IMG/VR virus record: IMGVR_UViG_3300013830_000007
Location: 1 to 64,000 of that record
Length of the DNA stretch: 64,000 nt
Strand: one strand, 5' to 3'
From: a virus
Lineage: Duplodnaviria > Caudoviricetes
Part shown: one piece after another, positions 40,192-49,338 of the stretch
Numbering within the stretch: position 1 is the stretch's first letter
Layout: the number at the start of each line of letters is the position of its first letter
Made by a program: the position numbers and the translations under genes
The notes under the pieces: model-generated
What the model was told of the DNA's origin: nothing
The model's input: only the letters and a program-made list of their open reading frames with translations
The model's database searches: none

Positions 40192-40764
40192 ATGTCTAAT
40201 GAAAATGATCCTTTCAAAGAATTTGATACAGCAGAACAAAACAAACCTGCTGATAACGTTTTAGAAGATTACATTGCTCCATATAAGCAAAATGACGATA
40301 TCAATTCACTTGATAGTTCAATGCGAAAATATGATAGCAATACTATAAGTACACAAATCCTTAGACAGAAATTACTTCAGAAAATACTTCCTAATGTAAT
40401 GAATCTGAATCTGGATGAAAGTGCTGAAACTGACCCTGACATGTATGTAGCTAAATCCAAATTGATTGCTGAAACCCGAGCTTTACTCAACGACATGGAT
40501 TCAGTAAGTAATAAGCATGTTAGTGTTAAACTTAAACAAAAAGATAGCGAGACTCAGGCAAGTATGGCATTTAACGCAGCTGATTTACTTAATAAGATTA
40601 AACTTTCTGCTTTTGAAGAGAAAGGCACTATCGTTCTCAATCGTGACGAAATTGAGAAAGAGTTGCAGAACAAGTTCGATGAATCGGGTTCTGTAATTCT
40701 TGATTCCGAACTAGAAGATGGTAAGAACATGCTTCCTACCAATGAGGATAAAAAAGAAGAATAA
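40192..40764 (+). CDS. Hypothetical protein
   Basis: 190 aa with a GGGAG RBS and a CATGCAATAG motif at 40160-40169. Confidence 0.65.
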   Translation: MSNENDPFKEFDTAEQNKPADNVLEDYIAPYKQNDDINSLDSSMRKYDSNTISTQILRQKLLQKILPNVMNLNLDESAETDPDMYVAKSKLIAETRALLNDMDSVSNKHVSVKLKQKDSETQASMAFNAADLLNKIKLSAFEEKGTIVLNRDEIEKELQNKFDESGSVILDSELEDGKNMLPTNEDKKEE

Positions 40765-40809
40765 CATCAGTCTTCTCCGTATCTTACTACGGAGAAGACC
40801 TTTAATATT

Positions 40810-41406
40810 TTAACGGCTTAATTGAATAGCTACCCAATTAGCGATTTCATCTGAATTAAAAATTGTACGAATCATATTGATTGATGTATTCTTTCTGGTT
40901 GCAGTTCTTCTTGCTAACCCAATCATAACCGAATAAAAGATACGAATACGATAATGCTGAGTAAGATCTACTGTAGTGATACCTTGAAGTGCATTCTGCT
41001 CCTGAATGAAATCTTCATTCTTATACTTTCTAAAGAATGCTAATACTTCGTCTAACACGGATTTCTTAGGAGTCTTAGAAACGATATCAATCATTTTAAC
41101 TAATGCTGTAACCTTAACAGATGAGCCATTAGGTGCTGTTCTAAAATTCTCTAAGCACACCTGAAGATTATCTTTGACTTTCTTACCCTTAGTAGATGTA
41201 GTCTTGACTCCAACAATAACTTTAGGAGCATTAGTAAGTGCAACAGTCTGCTCAGTCTTAGCCTTCTGTACCTCTACCTCATCTGGTGTTGCTGCATCGA
41301 CTACAATATCCTTAGTCCTTAATGCCTCTTCAGCTTCCTGTACAGTCTTAATCTTAGCTGTTAACATCTCAGCGATATCGCCTGAATTGAGATCAGTATC
41401 AGTCAT
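40810..41406 (-). CDS. Hypothetical (possibly virion) protein
   Basis: 198-aa ORF downstream of the vRNAP beta-prime gene. Confidence 0.6.
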   Translation of the reverse strand: MTDTDLNSGDIAEMLTAKIKTVQEAEEALRTKDIVVDAATPDEVEVQKAKTEQTVALTNAPKVIVGVKTTSTKGKKVKDNLQVCLENFRTAPNGSSVKVTALVKMIDIVSKTPKKSVLDEVLAFFRKYKNEDFIQEQNALQGITTVDLTQHYRIRIFYSVMIGLARRTATRKNTSINMIRTIFNSDEIANWVAIQLSR

Positions 41407-41476
41407 TTGTTATTTTCCTATATTTAAACGTTTAAATTTTTGAGAATCGATCGGTTTTCTCATAATATTCTCAAGA

Positions 41477-42907
41477 CTACTTTTCAACTACATACTGATT
41501 AAGATCAGTAAGTTCTTTGGTACTAACCTGAGAAGTATGCATCGTTTTCATCGCATCAGTGGTGAATGCTGAAGTTATAGTAAGAGTCTGCATACCTATT
41601 GCTGCCTGTTTGGTTTCTTCAAAGATCTTACCACAACACTTATAGCAATAACCACCTTTGGTTTTACAGGTCATCGGACTTCTTATTCTCACCGTTTTAC
41701 CTATAAGCGAATCAGCATTAGATTCATCGATAATTTCGCCAGATACCAGATATCTCGACATTAATGTTTTGATATTGTTTTTAGTGATTTTAATAGTCAT
41801 ACCTCTAGTGTCATGACAGTCATCTTCTATAATTTTAACTTCCTGGAAAATACGAAGAATGAATTTAGACTCAGAACCACCTTTAGCCGTTTCAAGGCTA
41901 CGGCCATATGTACCACGTCTGGCACTGTTACAGCAATTGGCAAAATTAAGTTGATTCCAACCGTCCTCAAGACTCTCTTTAGTAAAAGTAAATCCGCTCT
42001 TTTCCACATCGCCGAATGCTCTGGTCATACCATACAAGCAGAAAAACTTTTTACGAGCCTCTTTTGTTTTCTTACCAGCACCTAAGAAAAATGGTTCAGA
42101 TTCATCTCCTTTAATATAAGCATTCTCCATATCCGCTAATTCTTTCTCAATAGCAGTAAGTACAGTAGGATCGTCCATACGATCTTTATACTTCTCGTAT
42201 AACTCTTTACGTTTAGCAGTAAGTTTAGGATCATATCCTACTGTTTTTTCTGAAAGAGCTGCGGCAAACATAGTTCCATCTTCGCCAAACCAGAAAGCAT
42301 TATTGATATATCTGTTAAATTCTTTTCTTCCTATTTTATCTTCTGATATAAGTTCGGCTACTTTCTTATCAGTAACATCAGTTTTAATCGTATCATTGAT
42401 ATAAGGAATCTTATCTCCAAATGGCTCGGCTAATACAATATAATTAACCAGGAATTTACCCACGTCAGTTCTTACTGGTTTGGTGCTGGTATAATTGGCT
42501 ATCATACCGTCTTCAAGCATAAATTCATCAGCTACCCAATACGGAGGATTAAGTGCATTATCAGATAAAAGCATTAACAAGAAATAATCATCCTGCTTCA
42601 TTACGCCATAGACATATTCATTTTCTTTTGGATCGGAAAGACCCAATTGTTCTTCTGTTGGATCTTTATGAAATACGTGAACGGTTGATAATCTCTCTAA
42701 AACCATAGATTCGGTTTCATCTGCTTTCATGCCTATAAAAGGCTGACCTTTCAATTTATCCGGAATACCTATTAATGTAGGTCTCTGACATGCAGTAAAC
42801 CACTGAACAAGAACATTTTTATCCAATACAGTAGAAATATTCTCTACAAAGAAATAAAACTTGGGTTTAGTAATATCTTCATTTGTGGCTTCTGAAAATT
42901 CTATCAT
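41477..42907 (-). CDS. Virion RNA polymerase beta-prime C-terminal subunit (phiKZ gp80-like)
   Basis: Bridge helix RRGTYGRSLETAKGGSESK, then EDDC, zinc site VRIRSPMTC...GYCYKCCG and trigger-loop-like DAMKTMH, all matching RpoC C-terminal motifs. Confidence 0.85.
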   Translation of the reverse strand: MIEFSEATNEDITKPKFYFFVENISTVLDKNVLVQWFTACQRPTLIGIPDKLKGQPFIGMKADETESMVLERLSTVHVFHKDPTEEQLGLSDPKENEYVYGVMKQDDYFLLMLLSDNALNPPYWVADEFMLEDGMIANYTSTKPVRTDVGKFLVNYIVLAEPFGDKIPYINDTIKTDVTDKKVAELISEDKIGRKEFNRYINNAFWFGEDGTMFAAALSEKTVGYDPKLTAKRKELYEKYKDRMDDPTVLTAIEKELADMENAYIKGDESEPFFLGAGKKTKEARKKFFCLYGMTRAFGDVEKSGFTFTKESLEDGWNQLNFANCCNSARRGTYGRSLETAKGGSESKFILRIFQEVKIIEDDCHDTRGMTIKITKNNIKTLMSRYLVSGEIIDESNADSLIGKTVRIRSPMTCKTKGGYCYKCCGKIFEETKQAAIGMQTLTITSAFTTDAMKTMHTSQVSTKELTDLNQYVVEK

Positions 42908-43887
42908 TTAGTCTGCTCCATAACTGGTAAAACAGCTTTCTTCATTTGTTCAATAAGATCTATCTGAGACTGATTGAAAATGCTTCTTCCTTTTTCAATC
43001 ATATTCTCAACTTCTTCATCAAACTCTTTGGGAGTTGTACCTATCTCAACGTGATGAGCTACTAATAATACTAAATTCTCAACTGTTGGAGTGGGTTTAG
43101 GATTTTTCTTTGGATCTATCCAATATTCAATATGATGAAGTGATCTTTCATGATGAATCTGCATTTGCTGTTTAGCATAGTTGTATAATCCAGGAGGAAT
43201 CTGATCAGTATCTATTACTGAATATATACCAATAGTACTCGGAGAAATTTTATCCATGTCGTAATCTCTGAGTAGCTTATTGATAACCGACATATCAACA
43301 TCAAGATGAAGAGTGTTGATAATGACATAAGAATATTTATTAGCTAATTCTCTTAATTTTTTGGTTTTAGCTAAATAAGCACTGGCTTTCTCAGGGTCAT
43401 AAGTATAGTTATCCTGTTTCAATTCTCTGAAAGCTCTTATTTCTTCTTTTATATAATCTTTGAATTTATCATCAGTATATAAAGAGTCAATAATATAAAT
43501 TATCTCTTTATGTTCGTACTTGTCTGAATTAATAATCTCATAAATCGTTTTGAAGAAATTGATATCAGGTTCCACATCATTCAAACATGTTTCAATACGA
43601 TCGCAAATGTCTTCAGTTAAAAGAAGTTTGAGATCATCCATGTACTTACGGACCAAATACAAATAACCGCATAAAAATAAATCTCCCTGATATTGAAGAT
43701 CTGTGGTTATTCCCATATCTTCCAGTTCGCCTACTATAACGTCATAGCAATTAACCAATAAACTTTTAGGTGTATAATCATCTGGTCCAAAATCAGCTAT
43801 ATATGCTTCTGAATCTATATAGTTGGCTACATCTTCAGAGATATCTTTTAACTTCTGAAAATGTTCAGGCAAAGTTAAGATATACAT
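42904..43887 (-). CDS. Hypothetical protein
   Basis: 327-aa ORF coupled to the RNAP gene. Confidence 0.65.
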   Translation of the reverse strand: MYILTLPEHFQKLKDISEDVANYIDSEAYIADFGPDDYTPKSLLVNCYDVIVGELEDMGITTDLQYQGDLFLCGYLYLVRKYMDDLKLLLTEDICDRIETCLNDVEPDINFFKTIYEIINSDKYEHKEIIYIIDSLYTDDKFKDYIKEEIRAFRELKQDNYTYDPEKASAYLAKTKKLRELANKYSYVIINTLHLDVDMSVINKLLRDYDMDKISPSTIGIYSVIDTDQIPPGLYNYAKQQMQIHHERSLHHIEYWIDPKKNPKPTPTVENLVLLVAHHVEIGTTPKEFDEEVENMIEKGRSIFNQSQIDLIEQMKKAVLPVMEQTK

Positions 43888-43977
43888 AAGCTTTCCTTAT
43901 AATCTTTGGTTTAACTATACCATGAGAATTGAGCATGTGATGAATCAATTGCCTTAAAACCTAAGAGGATAAAAAAT

Positions 43978-44685
43978 ATGGCAACCGGGGAACAGAACAA
44001 ATTAAATGCTATTAAAGGTATAGCCAGATTGGTTAGCTGTTCTGCTGAAGAAAAAACTAATTTAGCTAATGAAACTATACCTAAAAATGTTGTTGTCAAA
44101 GTAGACGACGAAAATGACGTATATATAGGAGATGGAGTTTCTTCATTATCAATCTTATCTCCGTTTAAACCGTCTACTGCTGGCAACGCAGATAGCGCAA
44201 ACGAATTCACTGAAAATCAGACCATTGAATTAAGAGGAGATATAGCAGGAACTGCTTCTTCTAAAGCTGGTTGGACTATAGATGCTGCTCTTAATGAAAC
44301 TGGTGTAACTGCTGGTACCTATGGGCTTGATAAAGATACAGTTGGAAATAATAACACTATTATAAATATACCGCAGATAACAGTAAATGAAAAAGGGTTA
44401 GTCACTCTTATAACCACGCATACACTTCAAACAGTTAACACTACAACAGATCCATATGAAGTATCTGCTGATGAAGCTATTGAAGGTGTATCCGTTCAAG
44501 CCGGAGTTATATCTGCTGCTACATTAGAAAGCAAAATTAATAATTCTTTTACCAAATATGAAGCATCTTCAGACGATATAAACAATTTATTTATTGACAA
44601 TTCAGATATAACATCTGAGACTGATGCTTCTGACACTTCCGATACTACTGAAACTTCTGATACCACTACTGATACTACCGAATAA
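43978..44685 (+). CDS. Tail-fibre-associated protein
   Basis: YIGDGVSSLS motif and the GVTAGTYG...IPQITVNEKGLVT repeat typical of phage fibre proteins; acidic C-terminus. Confidence 0.55.
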   Translation: MATGEQNKLNAIKGIARLVSCSAEEKTNLANETIPKNVVVKVDDENDVYIGDGVSSLSILSPFKPSTAGNADSANEFTENQTIELRGDIAGTASSKAGWTIDAALNETGVTAGTYGLDKDTVGNNNTIINIPQITVNEKGLVTLITTHTLQTVNTTTDPYEVSADEAIEGVSVQAGVISAATLESKINNSFTKYEASSDDINNLFIDNSDITSETDASDTSDTTETSDTTTDTTE

Positions 44686-44768
44686 ATTTCTTATTGAATA
44701 GCTTATTTAATGAAACTATGAAATGATAGCTACGACTATCTTTTATCAACTAACATGAGGACTCAAAT

Positions 44769-45347
44769 ATGTCTGTAGTTACTAATAAGCTTATTGACCT
44801 CGGGCGCCTCTCTAAGTTCAAGGAGCTCATGGATGGTTCCGTTGACTCCAAGCTTGCTGCACTTAAGGTCAAAATTTCTCAGATTGTTTCTTCTGTTCCT
44901 ACTGTAGACACTGCTGAGGAAGGTGTTCTTTACTGGGTTCCTGCCAAGGGTGATGGCGAGTATGAGATCTGGGCGAAGGAGAACGTTGACGGTACTCCTA
45001 CCATGGTCAGGAACTCTTCCATCTCCATCAGCGGTGATCTTGACGGACTTCTTACCAAGGATGAGGCTAAGGCTACTTACTTTAACGGAGTAACTGTTGC
45101 TGATGCTACTGTAACTCTGTCCCGTCCGGATGGTTCTTCTGTACCTGTTACCGTTGATAATGTTGCCAATGCTGGTAAGGCTACTAACGATGGTAACGGC
45201 AACAGCATCGTTGATACCTATGAGACTAAGGCTGATGCCAAGGCTCATGCTGATGCTGCTGAGGCTACTTATCAGAAAGCAGATGACATTACTCTTGCAG
45301 AGGATTCTGATATTACTGCGCTCTTTGCTACTTCTACACAGTCTTAA
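44769..45347 (+). CDS. Putative abundant virion/tail protein
   Basis: Capsid-like codon bias. N-terminus MSVVTNKLIDLGRLSKFK is similar to the next two ORFs, and it carries a YETKADA repeat unit. Confidence 0.6.
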   Translation: MSVVTNKLIDLGRLSKFKELMDGSVDSKLAALKVKISQIVSSVPTVDTAEEGVLYWVPAKGDGEYEIWAKENVDGTPTMVRNSSISISGDLDGLLTKDEAKATYFNGVTVADATVTLSRPDGSSVPVTVDNVANAGKATNDGNGNSIVDTYETKADAKAHADAAEATYQKADDITLAEDSDITALFATSTQS

Positions 45348-45369
45348 TTAAAATCATTGGACAATAACT

Positions 45370-45684
45370 ATGGCAGTTAAAGCGACTAAGCTTATCAACA
45401 TTGATCGTCTTAAGACTTTCAAGGATAAACTTGATGAAGCTCATAGTTCACTTATAAATACCAGAATAACTAACGATCAGACCAATCGCATCAGTAGCAT
45501 AACTGTCGATAGTACTACAAAGTTGCCAAGTGCTGCATCTATGGTTACTGGTAACCTGTATTATGTAGCTGATGGCACTACGGTTACGTTATATTTCAAA
45601 GATAGTGAAGGCAACGTATATCAAAATGCTTCAGCTGCTGTTGAAGAGGCTACTGTTGATGATATTAATAATCTGTTCAGTTAG
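45370..45684 (+). CDS. Small tail-module protein, paralogous termini to neighbours
   Basis: N-terminus KLINIDRLKTFK. The C-terminus ATVDDINNLFS resembles ASSDDINNLF and AEDSDITALF in upstream ORFs. Confidence 0.6.
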   Translation: MAVKATKLINIDRLKTFKDKLDEAHSSLINTRITNDQTNRISSITVDSTTKLPSAASMVTGNLYYVADGTTVTLYFKDSEGNVYQNASAAVEEATVDDINNLFS

Positions 45685-45760
45685 TTAATATCTTATATAA
45701 AATAAGGGTAGGATAATATGAATCCTACTCTTATTTGTTTTTATTTTGAGGATTTTACTT

Positions 45761-47206
45761 ATGAGTGGAATTATCACAATTGACCTACTTAGAGATTTCT
45801 TAACTAATCTTAAAGGATTATTTGTAACCAAGACAGATGCTGAAAGCACTTATGAAACTAAGGCAAACGCAGCTAATATCTATGAAACTAAGGCAAACGC
45901 AGCTAATATCTATGAAACAAAGGAAGATGCGGCTACTCACTTAACCAAGACTGAAGCAAGTAAAACTTACATTACTAAAGCCAGTGCAGTCAGTCTGATT
46001 TTAGCTGGAAGCAATGCAGCTACACATCTGACTAAGACTGAAGCAGCTGATACTTATGTCACTAGAAACGAGTTAGGAATGTATGACTATTCCATCATTA
46101 TTGATTTTAGTTTAAGCGATCCAGCTTCTATGATCACTTATACTGATGACGTCGATATAGCTCCTATGGATACACGATGGTTCGATGTATTAGGGCTTAA
46201 ACTCTGTGTGCTCAAGAATGGTGTAGTTCAGTATTATCTTAATCCCAATGATGTTACTAAGAAATTAGATGGCAGTGCTGCTGATATTACCACACTTGGT
46301 AATGATGTCATGCTTGAAATACCTAGAATGGGAACCAACTGTTTATGGCTGGATAGTAACCGTCTTAAAATCACTATTACCACTGCTCCTAACAGAACCG
46401 GATACGACTATCGTGCATTCAGTCTTCATAAATACAACGACTGTGATAAAATTTATATAGGAAGATATCACGCCTGCTTAGACAATAACAGACTGTATAG
46501 CAGCAGCGGTAAAACTCCTATGGTATCGCAGACTCTAGCACAGCACCGTACCTATGCTACTAACCGCGGTGTTGGATATACTAATATCGGTATCTGCGAC
46601 GATATACTGCTGCAGTGCTTATATCTGCTTATTGTAAGAAACTTCAACTCGCAGAGTGCAGTTGGCAGAGGTATTTGCGATCACGCAAATACGCGCAACA
46701 CTACTGGCGGAGCTAATACCTTCGGTTGGCTTAATACTGGTTCTCCCAGAAAAAACGACGGATTTAATACGGCTGTTTGCTGTTTAGGTATCGAGAATTT
46801 CTGGGGCAATATTTATGTATGGGAAGATGGTATAATCCGCAACAGTAATCGTCAGTTTTTCATGGCTCAATACGCTGATCAGTATAATTCAGATGCTACA
46901 GGATATGAATATATAGCTCAAGCCAGTCCTACTGAATCTGGATATCAAGGCAGGTGTGCTGGCATACCTAAATTCATCTTCATGCCTGATGCATCTATTG
47001 TCGCTGCTTCCGGTCGTGGTGAATCAACCTATATGTGCGACTATCAATGGATTGACGAATCTCGTACGGTCATTGCTGTTTTTGGTGGCCACTGGTACCT
47101 TCGTTCGAAGGTTGGTGCTTTCTGCCGTAGTTTGTGCTATCCGGTTTCGGATGCTGAGACCTATGTTGGTTCGCGCCTGTGTTTTAAAAAAATAGCTGAG
47201 AATTGA
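45761..47206 (+). CDS. Tail fibre / receptor-binding protein with C-terminal C-type-lectin-fold DGR-type variable region
   Basis: Start moved to ATG at 45761 (GAGG RBS). N-terminal 10-aa YETK repeats; C-terminus AVFGGHWYLRSKVGAFCRSLCYPVSDAETYVGSRLCF has the GGxW...G.F...GxRL pattern of DGR targets. Confidence 0.8.
   Translation: MSGIITIDLLRDFLTNLKGLFVTKTDAESTYETKANAANIYETKANAANIYETKEDAATHLTKTEASKTYITKASAVSLILAGSNAATHLTKTEAADTYVTRNELGMYDYSIIIDFSLSDPASMITYTDDVDIAPMDTRWFDVLGLKLCVLKNGVVQYYLNPNDVTKKLDGSAADITTLGNDVMLEIPRMGTNCLWLDSNRLKITITTAPNRTGYDYRAFSLHKYNDCDKIYIGRYHACLDNNRLYSSSGKTPMVSQTLAQHRTYATNRGVGYTNIGICDDILLQCLYLLIVRNFNSQSAVGRGICDHANTRNTTGGANTFGWLNTGSPRKNDGFNTAVCCLGIENFWGNIYVWEDGIIRNSNRQFFMAQYADQYNSDATGYEYIAQASPTESGYQGRCAGIPKFIFMPDASIVAASGRGESTYMCDYQWIDESRTVIAVFGGHWYLRSKVGAFCRSLCYPVSDAETYVGSRLCFKKIAEN
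45851..45918 (+). repeat. 30-bp tandem repeat encoding YETKANAANI
   Basis: tatgaaactaaggcaaacgcagctaatatc occurs twice exactly, plus a partial third copy. Confidence 0.9.
47070..47190 (+). mobile_element. DGR variable region (VR); template repeat not found in window
   Basis: Only 10 A in 105 nt over codons 47081-47185. Variable codons (CAC, TAC, CTT, CGT, TGC, TAT, GAT, ACC) are derivable from AAC/AAT. A hairpin follows. Confidence 0.7.
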
Positions 47207-47271
47207 TGGATGAAAATGCTTTTGGGGTCTGGGGCCCCAAAAGTGTCCTTACATTTTCATTCTCAATTCTC
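47198..47271. other. Hairpin/cruciform downstream of VR
   Basis: Core cttttggggtc-tgg-ggccccaaaag (47219-47243) nested in tgaaaatg/cattttca and gagaattga/tcaattctc arms. Confidence 0.75.
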
Positions 47272-47278
47272 GCCGTGA

Positions 47279-47476
47279 AACGAATATAAATACAGCAGCT
47301 GTCTTACTGAATTGGACATGGGCAGAATAGCTGCAATGAAAGGTTGGCTATCTAATAGTACTGAGCAACTATTTATGAATCAATTACAGCTCATCAAATT
47401 GATTAACTATATCAAATACAACTTACATGGAGATTTTACCGAATATGATAGACAATGGGAAAATACAATGTTCTGA
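47279..47476 (+). pseudogene. Possible C-terminal stump of a DGR reverse transcriptase
   Basis: An open frame after an in-frame stop reads ...LTELDMGRIAAMKGWLSNSTEQLFMNQLQLIKLINYIK..., resembling the xxGWLxH thumb end of DGR RTs. It overlaps the next gene's start. Confidence 0.45.
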
Positions 47477-47702
47477 CGATAAAGAAATCATCTATGCTAA
47501 AGATTATGTATATGTTCATAAAGATATAGAGAAAGTTGAAATAGAAGATAACGGTAAGACTGGTGTTGTATACAAGTGTCATGAGTATAAATATCCAGTT
47601 ATGGAATATATTGAGTTAATGAAAGCTCAGGCAGATTCCACTGAACAGCAGAGTGCTATTTCGGCACTTCGCATCAGTAACCTTCTTCAGAGTGAGGATT
47701 AA
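47427..47702 (+). CDS. Small tail-module protein
   Basis: 91 aa with YVYVHKDIEKVE...YKYPVMEYI and a C-terminal coiled coil, resembling small genes that follow fibre/DGR cassettes. Confidence 0.6.
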   Translation: MEILPNMIDNGKIQCSDDKEIIYAKDYVYVHKDIEKVEIEDNGKTGVVYKCHEYKYPVMEYIELMKAQADSTEQQSAISALRISNLLQSED

Positions 47703-47705
47703 ACT

Positions 47706-48227
47706 ATGGATAGCAAGATAGTCAACGGACTTGCAGCTGGATATAAAAATAAGTTAGTAGACCGCAATGATCTTATTCAGTCTTATACCAACTGGTTATG
47801 CGGCGGTGATGGCTTAACTCTTGATGACGTTAAGCTTGTCACTGGTGTATCATCTATCGATGAGTTCCTCAGCATCGATGAATACAAAGAAGTTCTTCAT
47901 AAGGTACTTAAAAATGTTATGAAGACTAAGAGGAAGACTGTAACAGTAGCATATGACAATGATGTCTTTGATGCAAATGAAGATGCTCAAAACAACATGA
48001 TGGTACTGCTTAAGTCTCTTGACCTTGGTGCTACTACTGCTTATATCAGAAGCACTAATGAAACCACTCACGCACTGACTAAAGCTCAGTGTAACGAATT
48101 ATCGTTTTTAATGTTACAGGCAGTACAAAATCTGTATGCTACTTATTGGCAACTTAAGGATAAGTTAGCTAAATGTACTACCTATGACGAACTCAATAAC
48201 TTTGATTTAACCTGGCCTAAAAATTAA
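47706..48227 (+). CDS. DUF4376-like tail fibre assembly protein
   Basis: VAYDNDVFDANEDAQNNM...LTKAQCNEL...YWQLKDKLAKCTTYDELNNFDLTWP pattern; last gene of the fibre module. Confidence 0.6.
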   Translation: MDSKIVNGLAAGYKNKLVDRNDLIQSYTNWLCGGDGLTLDDVKLVTGVSSIDEFLSIDEYKEVLHKVLKNVMKTKRKTVTVAYDNDVFDANEDAQNNMMVLLKSLDLGATTAYIRSTNETTHALTKAQCNELSFLMLQAVQNLYATYWQLKDKLAKCTTYDELNNFDLTWPKN

Positions 48228-48243
48228 AAAAAAAAATAAAAAA

Positions 48244-48275
48244 GATAGATGCACCCACATAGGAGTGCATCTATC
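48244..48275. terminator. Terminator between tail module and convergent early genes
   Basis: 11-bp stem gatagatgcac/gtgcatctatc flanked by an A-tract. Confidence 0.7.
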
Positions 48276-48305
48276 CGCTATATTAACAGATCAGGAACTT
48301 AAAGA

Positions 48306-48947
48306 TCAAAACTTAATATCTTCGTATTCTTTCTCAAACTCAGGCATGTCACTGAGAATAAAGCTATCCTGATCGATTATCTTTTTATTGTTATCTATAG
48401 CAACAAAATGAAGTCCATCTGCATTAGTCTCAATAATCAAATAAGAACCAGCTCCTTTTGGCTTATTGCGTCTAACTGCCAGATCAATTGCTTCATTCTT
48501 AGATTCTTCGTATGATAACTGTTTATCGTTTACATAGTCATAATCTATCATAAACTTGAAGTATTCATCGATGTATTCATCAGCAATAAAGCGCCGCTGA
48601 TATCTATCGATAGCTTCAGCTACTGAATCTACTTTTTTGCTAAAAGCGTAAACCAGTAACTTATCTGCATCGAAAATACTTTTAAGTTCGCACAGCTTAC
48701 CCTCATCATACAGTTCAGAGTAATAGAAATCGTGATCTACTAAAACCGTACATCCAGTAGCAATAGCTGCATTCTTAAGTTCAGTCATTGACTTAACGCC
48801 AAGACTTCTGAAAAGTGGCATGCTTACCAGATTGTAAGTCATCATGGTCATCTTATCGCTCTCGACTGAGTCGCACTGTCTATCGGAAGCAAGCAACTCA
48901 GTAATCGTCTTAAAATGATTGAGATGAGTATAAATACAGTGTATCAT
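48306..48947 (-). CDS. Hypothetical protein
   Basis: 213-aa ORF in the early cassette. Confidence 0.6.
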   Translation of the reverse strand: MIHCIYTHLNHFKTITELLASDRQCDSVESDKMTMMTYNLVSMPLFRSLGVKSMTELKNAAIATGCTVLVDHDFYYSELYDEGKLCELKSIFDADKLLVYAFSKKVDSVAEAIDRYQRRFIADEYIDEYFKFMIDYDYVNDKQLSYEESKNEAIDLAVRRNKPKGAGSYLIIETNADGLHFVAIDNNKKIIDQDSFILSDMPEFEKEYEDIKF

Positions 48948-49336
48948 CCTCTTTTATCTCCTAAATCATAAAAGTCAGTAAAATACTGCCTAATAGCCTT
49001 AGGCAACGGTTCATCGTCAAACTCTAAGATATGTTCATGTATTGTCTCCTGTCCATAAAAAGCATCATCTGCTTCATCGATAACTGACCAATAATCAACG
49101 AACGCTTTAAGTGATGATTCAACAGTGTCCTGATCATAGTCTTGCTTAACTGATTTCTCAATCCATATTTCAGTTGCCAGTCTAAGTGCAAGCATTCGTT
49201 CGAGAGCGGTATTTGTTATTAAGCAAATCCATACTCCGTCTTTCTTGACTTTATAATACTCGTAATGCATCTGATCAGAATGAATAGCAACAGTAACATG
49301 ACTATGTTTATTAAGTTCCTCCTTAATTTTCCGCAT
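48944..49336 (-). CDS. Hypothetical protein
   Basis: 130 aa with an AGGAGG RBS. Confidence 0.6.
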   Translation of the reverse strand: MRKIKEELNKHSHVTVAIHSDQMHYEYYKVKKDGVWICLITNTALERMLALRLATEIWIEKSVKQDYDQDTVESSLKAFVDYWSVIDEADDAFYGQETIHEHILEFDDEPLPKAIRQYFTDFYDLGDKRG

Positions 49337-49338
49337 AT

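Noticed and set aside
22130-42907. Inteins or group I introns in terminase, RNAP or topoisomerase genes
   Set aside because: No intein termini (C...HN) or homing-endonuclease ORFs were seen. The GyrB extra segment matches the position of the known proteobacterial insertion.
44763-45248. Minus-strand 161-aa ORF
   Set aside because: It is a shadow of the strongly biased plus-strand tail gene.
45761-48227. Complete, active DGR
   Set aside because: No template repeat, no RT catalytic (Y/F)xDD domain and no avd gene are visible in the window.
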